IMG/VR virus record: IMGVR_UViG_3300020549_000029
Span: 1 to 26,941 of that record
Length of the DNA stretch: 26,941 bases
From: a virus
Taxonomy: Duplodnaviria; Caudoviricetes
Direction: 5' to 3' (one strand)
Every line of letters begins with the position of its first letter. Position 1 is the stretch's first letter. The translations under genes were made by a program, and so were the position numbers. Of the stretch, positions 1-8,688 are shown in pieces. Under the pieces are notes generated by a model. It saw only the letters and a program-made list of their open reading frames with translations, made no database searches and was not told the origin of the DNA.

Positions 1-85
1 GGTAGACTCGCGCCCGATCTTTTTTTAGCGAGTGAAAAATAGGCGCTTACAATCGCCGCCAATGTAAGTAAGGGGTTACAATGCC

Positions 86-643
86 ATGAGCCTTCATAGC
101 CTGATGCCATCCGCCCCCAGTGCAAAGCGGATTGAGATGTGGTCCCTGGCGCGGCTCCGGCCCTATGAGCGCAATGCCCGCACCCATAGCCCTGAGCAGG
201 TGGCGCAGATCGCCGCCAGCATCCAGGAGTTTGGCTTTACGAATCCGATCCTGGTAGGCGAGGACGATGGGATCATTGCTGGCCATGGTCGATTAGCCGC
301 GGCGATGGACCTGGGGCTGACTGAAGTGCCGGTGATCGTGCTGGGTCACCTGACCGCTGAGCAGCGCCGGGCCTATGTACTAGCTGACAACCAACTGGCG
401 CTGAATGCAGGGTGGGATATGGAGCTGCTGCAGCAGGAGATCGTAGGTCTGAACCTGGCCGACTTTGACCTGAGCCTGCTGGGCTTTGATGAGGGCCGGA
501 TCGCGGGACTGCTGGACCCGGAAGGGATTGACCGGGAAGAGTCAGGGCCGAAGGATCACAAGGGAGCCGAGAAGTACGGCGAAGAAGACTTTAGTGAGTT
601 TGAACACAAGTGCCCACGCTGCAACTTTGAGTTCAACGGATGA
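86..643 (+). CDS. ParB/Srx N-terminal domain protein with C-terminal CxxC motif
   Basis: LRPYERNARTHSPEQVAQIAASIQEFGFTNPILV...IIAGHGRLAAA...YVLADN is the typical phage ParB-N signature; ends HKCPRCNFEF; stop overlaps next start (ATGA). Confidence 0.88.
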   Translation: MSLHSLMPSAPSAKRIEMWSLARLRPYERNARTHSPEQVAQIAASIQEFGFTNPILVGEDDGIIAGHGRLAAAMDLGLTEVPVIVLGHLTAEQRRAYVLADNQLALNAGWDMELLQQEIVGLNLADFDLSLLGFDEGRIAGLLDPEGIDREESGPKDHKGAEKYGEEDFSEFEHKCPRCNFEFNG

Positions 644-1692
644 CGCTGCGCTGCTTTCATGGCCCCTGGAATCTGACTGATTTGGCCACTGTTCCAAAGA
701 ATGGCCTCACGGCATTCTTTTGCTTCCATTGCGGCGGCGGATCAACGATGGGTTACAAGCTTGCTGGCTTCAACATGTTGGGCGGCGTTGAGATTGACCC
801 AGAAATGATGGCGATCTACCGGGCCAACCACAAGCCGAAGTACAGCTACCTGATGGGAGTGCAGCAGTTTAACAAGCTGTCGCTAGAAGAAATCCCCGAT
901 GAGCTAAAAAACCTGGATCTACTGGACGGCTCGCCGCCGTGCTCATCGTTCAGCATGGCTGGCAGCAGAGAAAAGAAATGGGGCAATGCTCATCACTTTC
1001 GCGAAGGGCAAGTAAAGCAGGTACTAGACGACCTGTTCTTTCACTTCATCGAGGTTGGCCAGCGGCTGCAGCCAAAGGTGATCGTGGCCGAAAACGTAAA
1101 GGGGCTGATCCTCGGCAACGCCAAAGGATACGTTAAGGAGATCTTTGCAGCATTCAGGGAGGCGGGCTATGACGCTCAGTTGTTTCTGTTCAACGCTGCG
1201 CGGATGGGTGTGCCGCAGGCCAGGGAGCGGACGTTTTTTATTGCGCGGCAGAAAAACTTAAACTGGAATAAGCTCCAAATAGAAATGAAAGAAAATGAAA
1301 TCAAAATTGGAAGCGTGATAGAAAATGCTTGTCTTGGTAACAAAGTTACATGGTTGACTGAAGAAACAAAAAAGTTATGGCAAGCAGTTAATCCAGGAGA
1401 ACCTTTGTCCAAAGCTCATCCCAAAGGCCATAGATTTAACGCATATGTAGCAAATCCAAACAAGCCTGTGTACACAATGGCAGCGTCGCCAGATTCTTTG
1501 CCAATACATTGGAAAGAACCTCGCAGGTTTGCAGGGCAAGAAATTTGCAGGGTGCAGTCGTTCCCAGATGATTACAACTTTGGCAAGCAAGCCGCCGGCT
1601 ACGTCTGCGGCATGTCCGTTCCTCCCTACATGACGCAGCGAGTGGCGCTGGAAATCGGCCGGCAGTGGTTCGGGATTGAGTACGACCCATGA
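640..1692 (+). CDS. DNA (cytosine-5)-methyltransferase, orphan phage type
   Basis: Motif I variant FHCGGG, catalytic motif IV GSPPCSSFS, motif VI ENVKG, motif VIII PQARER, motifs IX/X EICRVQSFPDDY...GMSVPP. Confidence 0.93.
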   Translation: MTLRCFHGPWNLTDLATVPKNGLTAFFCFHCGGGSTMGYKLAGFNMLGGVEIDPEMMAIYRANHKPKYSYLMGVQQFNKLSLEEIPDELKNLDLLDGSPPCSSFSMAGSREKKWGNAHHFREGQVKQVLDDLFFHFIEVGQRLQPKVIVAENVKGLILGNAKGYVKEIFAAFREAGYDAQLFLFNAARMGVPQARERTFFIARQKNLNWNKLQIEMKENEIKIGSVIENACLGNKVTWLTEETKKLWQAVNPGEPLSKAHPKGHRFNAYVANPNKPVYTMAASPDSLPIHWKEPRRFAGQEICRVQSFPDDYNFGKQAAGYVCGMSVPPYMTQRVALEIGRQWFGIEYDP

Positions 1693-2273
1693 ACCTCCAG
1701 CAGTACGCCGATCACCGCAAGGCGAAGGGGCTGCGGGGGACCTCTCATGTGGCGGTAATTAATGCAATCAACGATCAACGCCTTACGCCCCCGGCAGTGC
1801 AGCGAAATGGTCGATTTTGGATTATTGATGCTGCCGCTGCAGATCAGCAATGGGCAGACCGTACCGACCCAAGTGAACATGGCGCCATGGGCGGCGGCAC
1901 TGCCTTGCCAATCGGGATTGAGAGGCAGGAAACAAAGGCTGACCTAGCAGTTCAAAAGCAATCAACACCCCTTAGCCATCCCCCTGCAGCGGCCAAAGGC
2001 GGCCCGCCGCTGGCAACAAGCAAGCAAGTCAGAGCGGCCTATGAAGCGAAAATGGCAGAGCTGGATTACAAAGAGCGGATCAAAGAGCTTGGGGACCTGA
2101 ATGCAGTCCGCACCAGGGCCGCCAAGCTCGCCCGCCAGGTGCGGGACCTGCTGCTGATCATCCCAACCCGCAACGCTGCGCGGTTGGCCGCGATGAGCGA
2201 ACCCGATGATGTGCGGGCCTTGCTTGAAGAGGAGATTGAGAACGCCCTCAAGGGGCTCAAGCAACATGCCTGA
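1689..2273 (+). CDS. Terminase small subunit (Nu1-like)
   Basis: Directly upstream of terL; N-terminal wHTH-like segment (QQYADHR...SHVAVINAI) and C-terminal helical region AAYEAKMAELDYKERIKEL...IPTRNAARLA typical of lambda-type TerS. Confidence 0.75.
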   Translation: MNLQQYADHRKAKGLRGTSHVAVINAINDQRLTPPAVQRNGRFWIIDAAAADQQWADRTDPSEHGAMGGGTALPIGIERQETKADLAVQKQSTPLSHPPAAAKGGPPLATSKQVRAAYEAKMAELDYKERIKELGDLNAVRTRAAKLARQVRDLLLIIPTRNAARLAAMSEPDDVRALLEEEIENALKGLKQHA

Positions 2274-4149
2274 CGGCGGCCAGATTTACGAGGATGCCTT
2301 TATTGAGGCCATTCAACCGCCGCTGCATCTCAGTGTCAGCGAGTGGGCCGACGCCGAGCGGCAGCTGACCAGACGCAGCAGCTCAGAGCCTGGGCAGTGG
2401 CGAACCGATCGCGTTCCGTTTCTGCGGGAGCCCATGGACCTGTTGAGCCCACGGGAGAGGAAGATCAGGCGCGTGATCTTGATCTTCGGCAGCCAATCAG
2501 GGGCCAAAACTGAATGCGGGTTGAACTGGCTGGGCCGAACCATTGCGATGGATCCGGCGCCGTTTCTGATCCTGTTCCCAACCGAGAGCTTTGCAAAGCG
2601 GCAGGTAAGGCAACGGCTTGACCCGTTGTTCAAGGACACCCCGGCGGTTGCCGCAAAGCAGGTCAGCACCAAGAGCAGGGACGCGGCTAACGCCATGTTC
2701 CTGAAAGAGTTTCAAGGGGACATGCTGCTGTCGATCATTGGCGGCAACAGCGGCAGCGCTGCCCAGGGGATGCCGGCCCAGAACTTATGGGTTGATGAGG
2801 CGTCAAGCCTGCCCCTGGAGATTGACGACAAGGGCGATCCGATCGAAAACGCCGAGGCGCGGCAGACCAACTTTCCCGACAGGAAGACCCTGATCACCAG
2901 CACCCCTGGCACTAGGGGCGCGTGCCGGATCACCTGGGAGTTTGAGAACCGCAGCGACCGTCGACGCTTTGCCGCGTTCATGCCCTGCTGCGGGGGCAAC
3001 GAGGTGATCCGCTGGGAGCACATGGTTTGGGACAAAAAGGATGGGGAAGTTTGGTGCAAGTGCCCGACGTGCGGTGAGCGGTTGGCGCAGCACCACAAGG
3101 TGGCGATGCTGGCCGGGGGGGTGTGGGGAGCTACTGCCAAGGGCGATGGCGAGACGGCAGGGTTTCATCTGCCTGGCTGGTATGCCCCCTATGGGTGGCT
3201 GAGCTGGGAGAAGATCCGAGATGAATTTTTGCGCGCCAAAAATGACACCATGCTCCTGAAGGGCTGGGTCAACAAAAGGGCGGCCGAAGCCTGGGAGGAT
3301 CCTGCAACGGCAAAAGTGAGCCCCGATGGCCTAATGCAACGTGCCGCGGCAAACCCATATCCGAGCGGGTTCTGTCCAGATGGGGTGTTGCTGTTACTGG
3401 CTGCGGTTGACGTTCAGGACACATGGCTAGAGATCAAGGTCAAAGGCTTTGGAGTGGGCGAAGAAAGCTGGCTGATATGGCACGAAAAGGTATATGGAAG
3501 TCCAGCAGAAGATAAAGTATGGAAGCAGATCGACGTAATTCGAAAGACTGTATTTAATCATGCAAGCGGCGGCACCATGATGGTTTACAAGACAGCGGTT
3601 GACACTGGGGGGCATTTTACGCATGAAGCCTATGACTACTGCCGCCAAAGGGTCAACGAGGGAGTGGTAGCAGTCAAAGGCGGCAGCGACAAGAAAGCTA
3701 AAACCCTTGGCGATGGCACAAAACAAGACGTAAATTTACGCGGTCGCAAGATAAAAAAAGGAGTTACCCTTTACATGATAAACACGCATACTCTAAAACG
3801 AACTATTTACGGAAGGTTAAACATTGAGCAGCCAGGGCCGGGGTTTATGCACTTTGGGCAAAATGCAACAGATGAATACTTTAAGGGTTTAACTTGTGAG
3901 AAACTTATAACCACAATTGACGGCAGAGGTTTTGAGCAATCTGAATGGCGGAATGAGAAGGGGGCCCGAAACGAGCCGTTGGATTTGGAGGTCTACATCT
4001 TGGGGATGTTGGAGCTGGTGAAACGCAACTACGCAGCAGGAACCATGTGGGCCCAGCTCGCCCGCACCCTGGGCACCCAGGCGCCGGGGGCGGGAGGGGG
4101 AGGGGCAGCGCCGGCACCGATCCGACGTAAGACCAGCAGCTTCTGGTAG
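2266..4149 (+). CDS. Terminase large subunit, lambda GpA family
   Basis: LSVSEWAD...EPGQWRTDRVPFLREPMD, Walker A variant GSQSGAKTE, Walker B LWVDEAS, STP coupling motif, CPTCG, nuclease AVDVQD and VDTGG, RNEPLDLEVY. Start placed at ATG 2266, overlapping the terS stop, rather than 2206. Confidence 0.95.
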   Translation: MPDGGQIYEDAFIEAIQPPLHLSVSEWADAERQLTRRSSSEPGQWRTDRVPFLREPMDLLSPRERKIRRVILIFGSQSGAKTECGLNWLGRTIAMDPAPFLILFPTESFAKRQVRQRLDPLFKDTPAVAAKQVSTKSRDAANAMFLKEFQGDMLLSIIGGNSGSAAQGMPAQNLWVDEASSLPLEIDDKGDPIENAEARQTNFPDRKTLITSTPGTRGACRITWEFENRSDRRRFAAFMPCCGGNEVIRWEHMVWDKKDGEVWCKCPTCGERLAQHHKVAMLAGGVWGATAKGDGETAGFHLPGWYAPYGWLSWEKIRDEFLRAKNDTMLLKGWVNKRAAEAWEDPATAKVSPDGLMQRAAANPYPSGFCPDGVLLLLAAVDVQDTWLEIKVKGFGVGEESWLIWHEKVYGSPAEDKVWKQIDVIRKTVFNHASGGTMMVYKTAVDTGGHFTHEAYDYCRQRVNEGVVAVKGGSDKKAKTLGDGTKQDVNLRGRKIKKGVTLYMINTHTLKRTIYGRLNIEQPGPGFMHFGQNATDEYFKGLTCEKLITTIDGRGFEQSEWRNEKGARNEPLDLEVYILGMLELVKRNYAAGTMWAQLARTLGTQAPGAGGGGAAPAPIRRKTSSFW

Positions 4150-4153
4150 CAGG

Positions 4154-4159
4154 TATAAT
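4154..4159 (+). promoter_or_regulatory. Putative -10 box (TATAAT) 6 nt upstream of the gpW start
   Basis: Perfect TATAAT in the 16-nt terL-gpW gap; no clear -35 element or SD. Confidence 0.4.
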
Positions 4160-4165
4160 GGCGGC

Positions 4166-4372
4166 ATGAGCTACACAGCAGAGCAACTAGCGGAACTGCG
4201 GGCCTCAATGGCTAGCGGGGTTTTGAAGACCCGGTTTAGCGACGGCCGAGAGATGACGTTTCGCTCGCTTGCCGAGATGCAGCAACAGGAAAGGATTATG
4301 GCTGCCGAGGTGGAAGCCAACAGCCAGACTAGGCCGGTACGTCGCATTTACCAGACTTTCCAAAGAGCCTAA
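4166..4372 (+). CDS. Head-to-tail joining protein, gpW-like
   Basis: 68 aa between terL and portal; YTAEQLAEL...ASGVLKTRFSDGREMTFRSLAEM pattern. Confidence 0.85.
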   Translation: MSYTAEQLAELRASMASGVLKTRFSDGREMTFRSLAEMQQQERIMAAEVEANSQTRPVRRIYQTFQRA

Positions 4373-4374
4373 GG

Positions 4375-5874
4375 ATGGGAAAACGCACCAAGGCGCAGCT
4401 GGAGAATCAATTAAAAGTTGCAAAGTCTGAGCTGTATAAAGCCAATCTTCGAGCGTGGGAAGCAGGCAAGCAATCGCGTCGAACTGATGGATGGTATGAG
4501 CAAAGCCGGGGCCCCAACTCTGATCTTCGCCAAGTATTGCAGCGGATTGTATCAAGGCATCAGGATCAAGTAGACTCCGATCCGTGGGCAGACAAAGCCA
4601 TTAAGGTTATTGTAACTAACTGGATCGGAGAAGGTATTATAGGAGAACCAGTTAATAAAAATAAAAGATATTCGCAAATTTACAAAGATTGGGCAGAATC
4701 ACCGCTTTGTGATTTTTACGAAAAATTAAACTTTTATGGACTGCAATCTTTAATTGGTCGCACGGTTGCAGTTCGCGGTAGTTGCCTGATTCGCTTTCGC
4801 ATTGATGAACGCCTAATTAAGCAAGGCCTTGCCCCGCTCACTTTGCAGGTACTAGAGCCAGACTGGTTAGATATGTCAAAGGATAATGGTTCTAGTATTA
4901 TTTTTGGCAAGAAATACGATGATGATGGCAAGCTAAAAAGCTATTTTATCAGAAAAAATCATCCAGGCGAAAGCGACTGGCGCCAGTCGCAGCTAGGGTC
5001 TGATGAAATCCCAGCCTCTGAGATTTGTCACGTCTACGACGTGCGGCGCCCTGGCCAGGCTACTGGTGTTCCATGGGGCGCCTCGTCGCTGCTCACGTTG
5101 CGGGATATTGGCGACCATGCCCAGGCCCGTATGTTGCTGGACAAACTGGCTTGCTGCTTTACTGCATTTATTACAGATACAGATCCTGACAATGTTATTG
5201 CTCCTTCTGTTGATCCTAAGAATCCAGATAATGCAATTGCAACCCTTTTTGAAAAAATAGAGCCTGGCGCAATTGAAGTATTGCCCCCAGGGAAATCAAT
5301 CGAATTTAGCAAGCCCCCAGAGGCTGGTAATTTCATAGAGCTGCAACGGCATCATCTGCATTCAGTAGCAGCTGGTTACGGCATCACGTTTGAATCTTTG
5401 ACTGGGATTCTGTCCGATGTCAATTTCTCAAGCGGCCGCATGGGGTGGATTGAGTTCTACCGAAATATCGGACACTGGCGCTGGAACATCATGATTCCGC
5501 AGTTCCTGGAGCCAGTTTCTAGGCGGCTTGCTGCTGCGGTGCAAATGGCCGGCATGGCCAACCGGGTAAACGGTCGGATGGTCTGGACTCCTCCCAGGCG
5601 GGAGATGATCAACCCGTCCGAAGAGATCAAGGCGCTGGTCATTGCGATCAGGGCCGGCATCCTGAGCCTGTCCGAGGTCCAGCGGTCGTTGGGCTATGTC
5701 CCTCAGCAGGTGCTTGCCGAGCTTGCCAAGGACCTCAAGGACGCCAGAGAGGTCCATAAGTTGGTGCTGACGGTGGACCCCAGCCAGACAAACGACAGCG
5801 GCGGCCTGCAGGTTTCCAACACTCCCCAGCCGACTACACCCCCAGCCAGCGAAACTTCGGATTTGATAGCATAG
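4375..5874 (+). CDS. Portal protein, lambda family
   Basis: 499 aa; LQVLEPDWL, HVYDVRRPGQATGVPW, VAAGYGITFESLTG..SDVNFSSGRMG, WTPPRREMINPSEE motifs; expected position. Confidence 0.95.
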   Translation: MGKRTKAQLENQLKVAKSELYKANLRAWEAGKQSRRTDGWYEQSRGPNSDLRQVLQRIVSRHQDQVDSDPWADKAIKVIVTNWIGEGIIGEPVNKNKRYSQIYKDWAESPLCDFYEKLNFYGLQSLIGRTVAVRGSCLIRFRIDERLIKQGLAPLTLQVLEPDWLDMSKDNGSSIIFGKKYDDDGKLKSYFIRKNHPGESDWRQSQLGSDEIPASEICHVYDVRRPGQATGVPWGASSLLTLRDIGDHAQARMLLDKLACCFTAFITDTDPDNVIAPSVDPKNPDNAIATLFEKIEPGAIEVLPPGKSIEFSKPPEAGNFIELQRHHLHSVAAGYGITFESLTGILSDVNFSSGRMGWIEFYRNIGHWRWNIMIPQFLEPVSRRLAAAVQMAGMANRVNGRMVWTPPRREMINPSEEIKALVIAIRAGILSLSEVQRSLGYVPQQVLAELAKDLKDAREVHKLVLTVDPSQTNDSGGLQVSNTPQPTTPPASETSDLIA

Positions 5875-5875
5875 A

Positions 5876-7861
5876 ATGATGCCCGAACCCATGACCACAG
5901 CAGCGGTGACACTGGCAACAGAAAGTCAAACCTGCCAGCGAATGGCCCTTGTCGCCCCATCTTCTTGGGATGAACAGAGCCGGACCGCCACAGTGGTCAT
6001 TTCAACTGACGCCGATGTGGGCGACGGTGTCCAGCTGGTGCACGAACGCTCGGCCATTCGCTGGCCAGGGCGTCCGCTGCCGATGGACATCGACCACCAG
6101 CGCACTTCTGCCTCGTGCTGGGGGGCGATCACGGCAATGGACCTGGGCCTTGCTGAGGATGGCAGTAATGCCCTAGTCGGCACGGTGCAGGTAGATGGCC
6201 CCGATGAGGCCATGGCGGTTGCCATTCCCCGCCTCAGGAATGGATCTGCGCGTTTTTCTGTTGATGCGCGGATCTACAGATGGCAGCGTGCCAGCGCAGA
6301 TCAACCACTTGATCGAGCAATCGATTGGGAGCCGGTTGCTGTCTCGCTGGTGATCGCCGGCCAAGATCCGGCGAGCGTCATGCGCTCGGTGGATGCAATA
6401 ACAGAATCAACCCTTGCGGACCCCCCGATGTCTACTGCAACTGAAAAGGCCGGGGGCGACCCGGCGGCCACTGCTCCAGATGAAACCGCCGTGACACAAC
6501 CGGCTGTTGTCACCGCTCCTGCTGCTGCTCAAGGCTTCGATCCTGCCCCTGACGAGGTTGCCCGAGAGCTGCACATTCGCCGGGCCGCTGGCGCTGCGGA
6601 TCTCCCCGAAACTGCCGTGCAAGACCTGATTCGATCCACTGCGGGGAAGGACTTGCCTAGCATTATGACGGAGGTGGTGCGAGCTGCTCGCCTTGCGATT
6701 GAAACGAAGGCCCCTGTCCATGCTGGCCATCCTGCCAGGATCGAGGTAACCCGCGACGCTGGCGATACCTTTATGCGCGGCCTGCAGGAAGGTGTTGATG
6801 CTCGATGCAAAGCGGTAAAAACCCCGACCGACTTAGGTCGCCAATACGCCCGGCTAAGCGTCATTGATATGGCCAAGGAATACCTTGAAACCATGCGTGG
6901 TTTTAGCCGTGTTGATGTGCGGATGATGGGCATCAATGAGCTAATCGACCGGGCGTTTCATACGACTTCTGATCTTCAGAATGTTCTTATGGATAGTGCT
7001 AATAAAACACTGTTAAGAGGATATGAAGAAGAAGTACAAACCTGGCGGCTGCTGGCTAATCAGTCAGACAACACAGACTTCAAGCCTAATTTTGGCGTGC
7101 AGTTGAATGCCACTATTGTACCTGAAAAAATACTAGAGAATGGTGAATACAAATCAGGCACTTTTACCGATGGCAAGACTACCTATCAGCTCAGCGAATA
7201 CGGTAAACGTGTAGGCATTAGCCGACGTATGCTTATCAATGATGATTTATCTGCTTTGAGCCGCGTTGCCCCGAAGCTGGGTGCGGGTTGTTCTTTGCTT
7301 GAATCTAATTTGACTTGGGCGCTGCTTACTGAGGGCACCTTGGGGGCGAATGTTAGCCTTGACGGTAAAGCGTTGTTTCATGCTGATCACAGCAACACTG
7401 GTACTGGGGCTATTGGCATTGCCGGGCTTGATGCCGGCAAGGTCAAACTGAAAAAGCAAACCGCTCCTTCCGGCCCCAACGAACCCAAGAGCCATCTAAA
7501 CCTGACACCTGCTTATTTGATTGTGCCGCCTGAGCTGGATACTGCTGCATCTCAGGTTGTATCTTCGGCTCTTCTGCCCCAATACGCGCCTAATGCTTTG
7601 AATGCCGTCAACCCGTTTGCCGGATCAATGCAGGTAATCAGCGAGGCTCGTCTTTCTGATGATTCCACTGCTATGTGGTATCTAGCGGCTAGCCCTAGCA
7701 GGATTGATATGATCCAGTTTGGGTATCTGATCGGCGAGGGTGGGCCCACAATTACTACTACCGAGAAGCGCAACCCTGACGGCGTAGAAATGCTGGTTCG
7801 CCACGACTTCTACGTCACCATTGCCGACTGGCGCGGCTTCTACCGCTCTACCGGCGTTTGA
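5876..7861 (+). CDS. Prohead protease - scaffold linker - major capsid protein fusion
   Basis: N-terminal HK97/U35-type protease-like region (IDHQR, RFSVD, WEPVAVSLVIAGQDP), Ala/Pro-rich linker, then capsid region (RAFHTTSDL, ENGEYK, YGKRVGISRRMLINDDL, PAYLIVPPEL, DWRGFYRSTG). True start may be ATG 5879 or 5891. Confidence 0.9.
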   Translation: MMPEPMTTAAVTLATESQTCQRMALVAPSSWDEQSRTATVVISTDADVGDGVQLVHERSAIRWPGRPLPMDIDHQRTSASCWGAITAMDLGLAEDGSNALVGTVQVDGPDEAMAVAIPRLRNGSARFSVDARIYRWQRASADQPLDRAIDWEPVAVSLVIAGQDPASVMRSVDAITESTLADPPMSTATEKAGGDPAATAPDETAVTQPAVVTAPAAAQGFDPAPDEVARELHIRRAAGAADLPETAVQDLIRSTAGKDLPSIMTEVVRAARLAIETKAPVHAGHPARIEVTRDAGDTFMRGLQEGVDARCKAVKTPTDLGRQYARLSVIDMAKEYLETMRGFSRVDVRMMGINELIDRAFHTTSDLQNVLMDSANKTLLRGYEEEVQTWRLLANQSDNTDFKPNFGVQLNATIVPEKILENGEYKSGTFTDGKTTYQLSEYGKRVGISRRMLINDDLSALSRVAPKLGAGCSLLESNLTWALLTEGTLGANVSLDGKALFHADHSNTGTGAIGIAGLDAGKVKLKKQTAPSGPNEPKSHLNLTPAYLIVPPELDTAASQVVSSALLPQYAPNALNAVNPFAGSMQVISEARLSDDSTAMWYLAASPSRIDMIQFGYLIGEGGPTITTTEKRNPDGVEMLVRHDFYVTIADWRGFYRSTGV

Positions 7862-7874
7862 GCTGAATGATCTT

Positions 7875-7896
7875 GAGCCGGCGCCCCCGGCTCTTT
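7875..7896 (+). terminator. Possible weak intrinsic terminator or stabilising hairpin after the capsid gene
   Basis: GAGCCGG-cgccc-CCGGCTC 7-bp stem followed by only TTT. Confidence 0.4.
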
Positions 7897-7921
7897 CCCA
7901 CCCCATTCCCGAGGTAAACCC

Positions 7922-8272
7922 TTGAAAAACTACGTTCAGGAAGGAGAATCACTCCCAATTGTTGCGCCTTACGCGGTTTCTAGCGGTGGCGGCGCCTTGA
8001 TTGGTTCGGTTTTTGGAGTTGCTGCTACTGATCTCGCCAGCGGCGAAGAGGGAACCTTTCACCTTAAAGGTGTTTTCGTTCTTCCTAAGGCTACCGGCGC
8101 TGCTGCAAGCCTTTACGCCAAGGCGTACTGGAATGACACCAACAAGAACGTGACGGCATCCGGCAGCGGCAACACCCTTATTGGGGTGTTTGTGCCAGCA
8201 GCTTCTACCCAGACTGCTGCCTACGCTTCTGGCGACACTTCAGCCCACGTCCGCCTCAATGGCACCTTCTAA
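7922..8272 (+). CDS. DUF2190-family capsid-associated (cement/decoration-like) protein
   Basis: TTG start with GAGG SD; MKNYVQEG...GVAATD...GVFVLPKA...YWNDTNKNVT...GNTLIG...VRLNG; follows the capsid gene. Confidence 0.85.
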   Translation: MKNYVQEGESLPIVAPYAVSSGGGALIGSVFGVAATDLASGEEGTFHLKGVFVLPKATGAAASLYAKAYWNDTNKNVTASGSGNTLIGVFVPAASTQTAAYASGDTSAHVRLNGTF

Positions 8273-8688
8273 TGTCCTGGGCAACCCTATCGGCTAATGC
8301 TGACAAGGTAGCCCTGGATTTTATGGGCGGCGTCAGCGTAATTGCTGGCGCCGTTACTGGCCGTGGTTTTTTGGAGGAAAACAAAGAGCTGGTTTTTGAT
8401 GATGGAGTGGAAATTGTCCCATGGCTGCTAAAGATCAGAACCGCAGAATTTGGCCATCTTGATTACAACCATTCGCTTGTAGTTGATGGCATTGCATTTA
8501 AGGCAACAAGGCCGCCCGAACCACTGCCCGGTAGCGAGCCCAGGGCGCTGAGCTGGAGCATGGTGAGGCTAGCCAAGGTTGACGCCCCAGAAGAGACGGT
8601 GGTGATCCTCGACGGCGACCCCGGCGACGATCCAACCACTGAACCCACCGAGGTGGCGGTTCTGATCCTGGATGGGAGCGGTTCATGA
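8272..8688 (+). CDS. Putative head-tail joining (closure) protein with acidic C-terminal extension
   Basis: Position after DUF2190 gene; beta-rich 138 aa (LVVDGIAFK); TAATG coupling; C-terminal duplicated ILDG motif. Confidence 0.55.
   Translation: MSWATLSANADKVALDFMGGVSVIAGAVTGRGFLEENKELVFDDGVEIVPWLLKIRTAEFGHLDYNHSLVVDGIAFKATRPPEPLPGSEPRALSWSMVRLAKVDAPEETVVILDGDPGDDPTTEPTEVAVLILDGSGS

Noticed and set aside
1-85. cos site or genome terminus
   Set aside because: Plausible position for a gpA-type phage, but no diagnostic sequence can be confirmed without read-end data.
2206-2265. Longer terL start at 2206
   Set aside because: Deep overlap with terS and a non-conserved-looking extension; ATG 2266 fits better.
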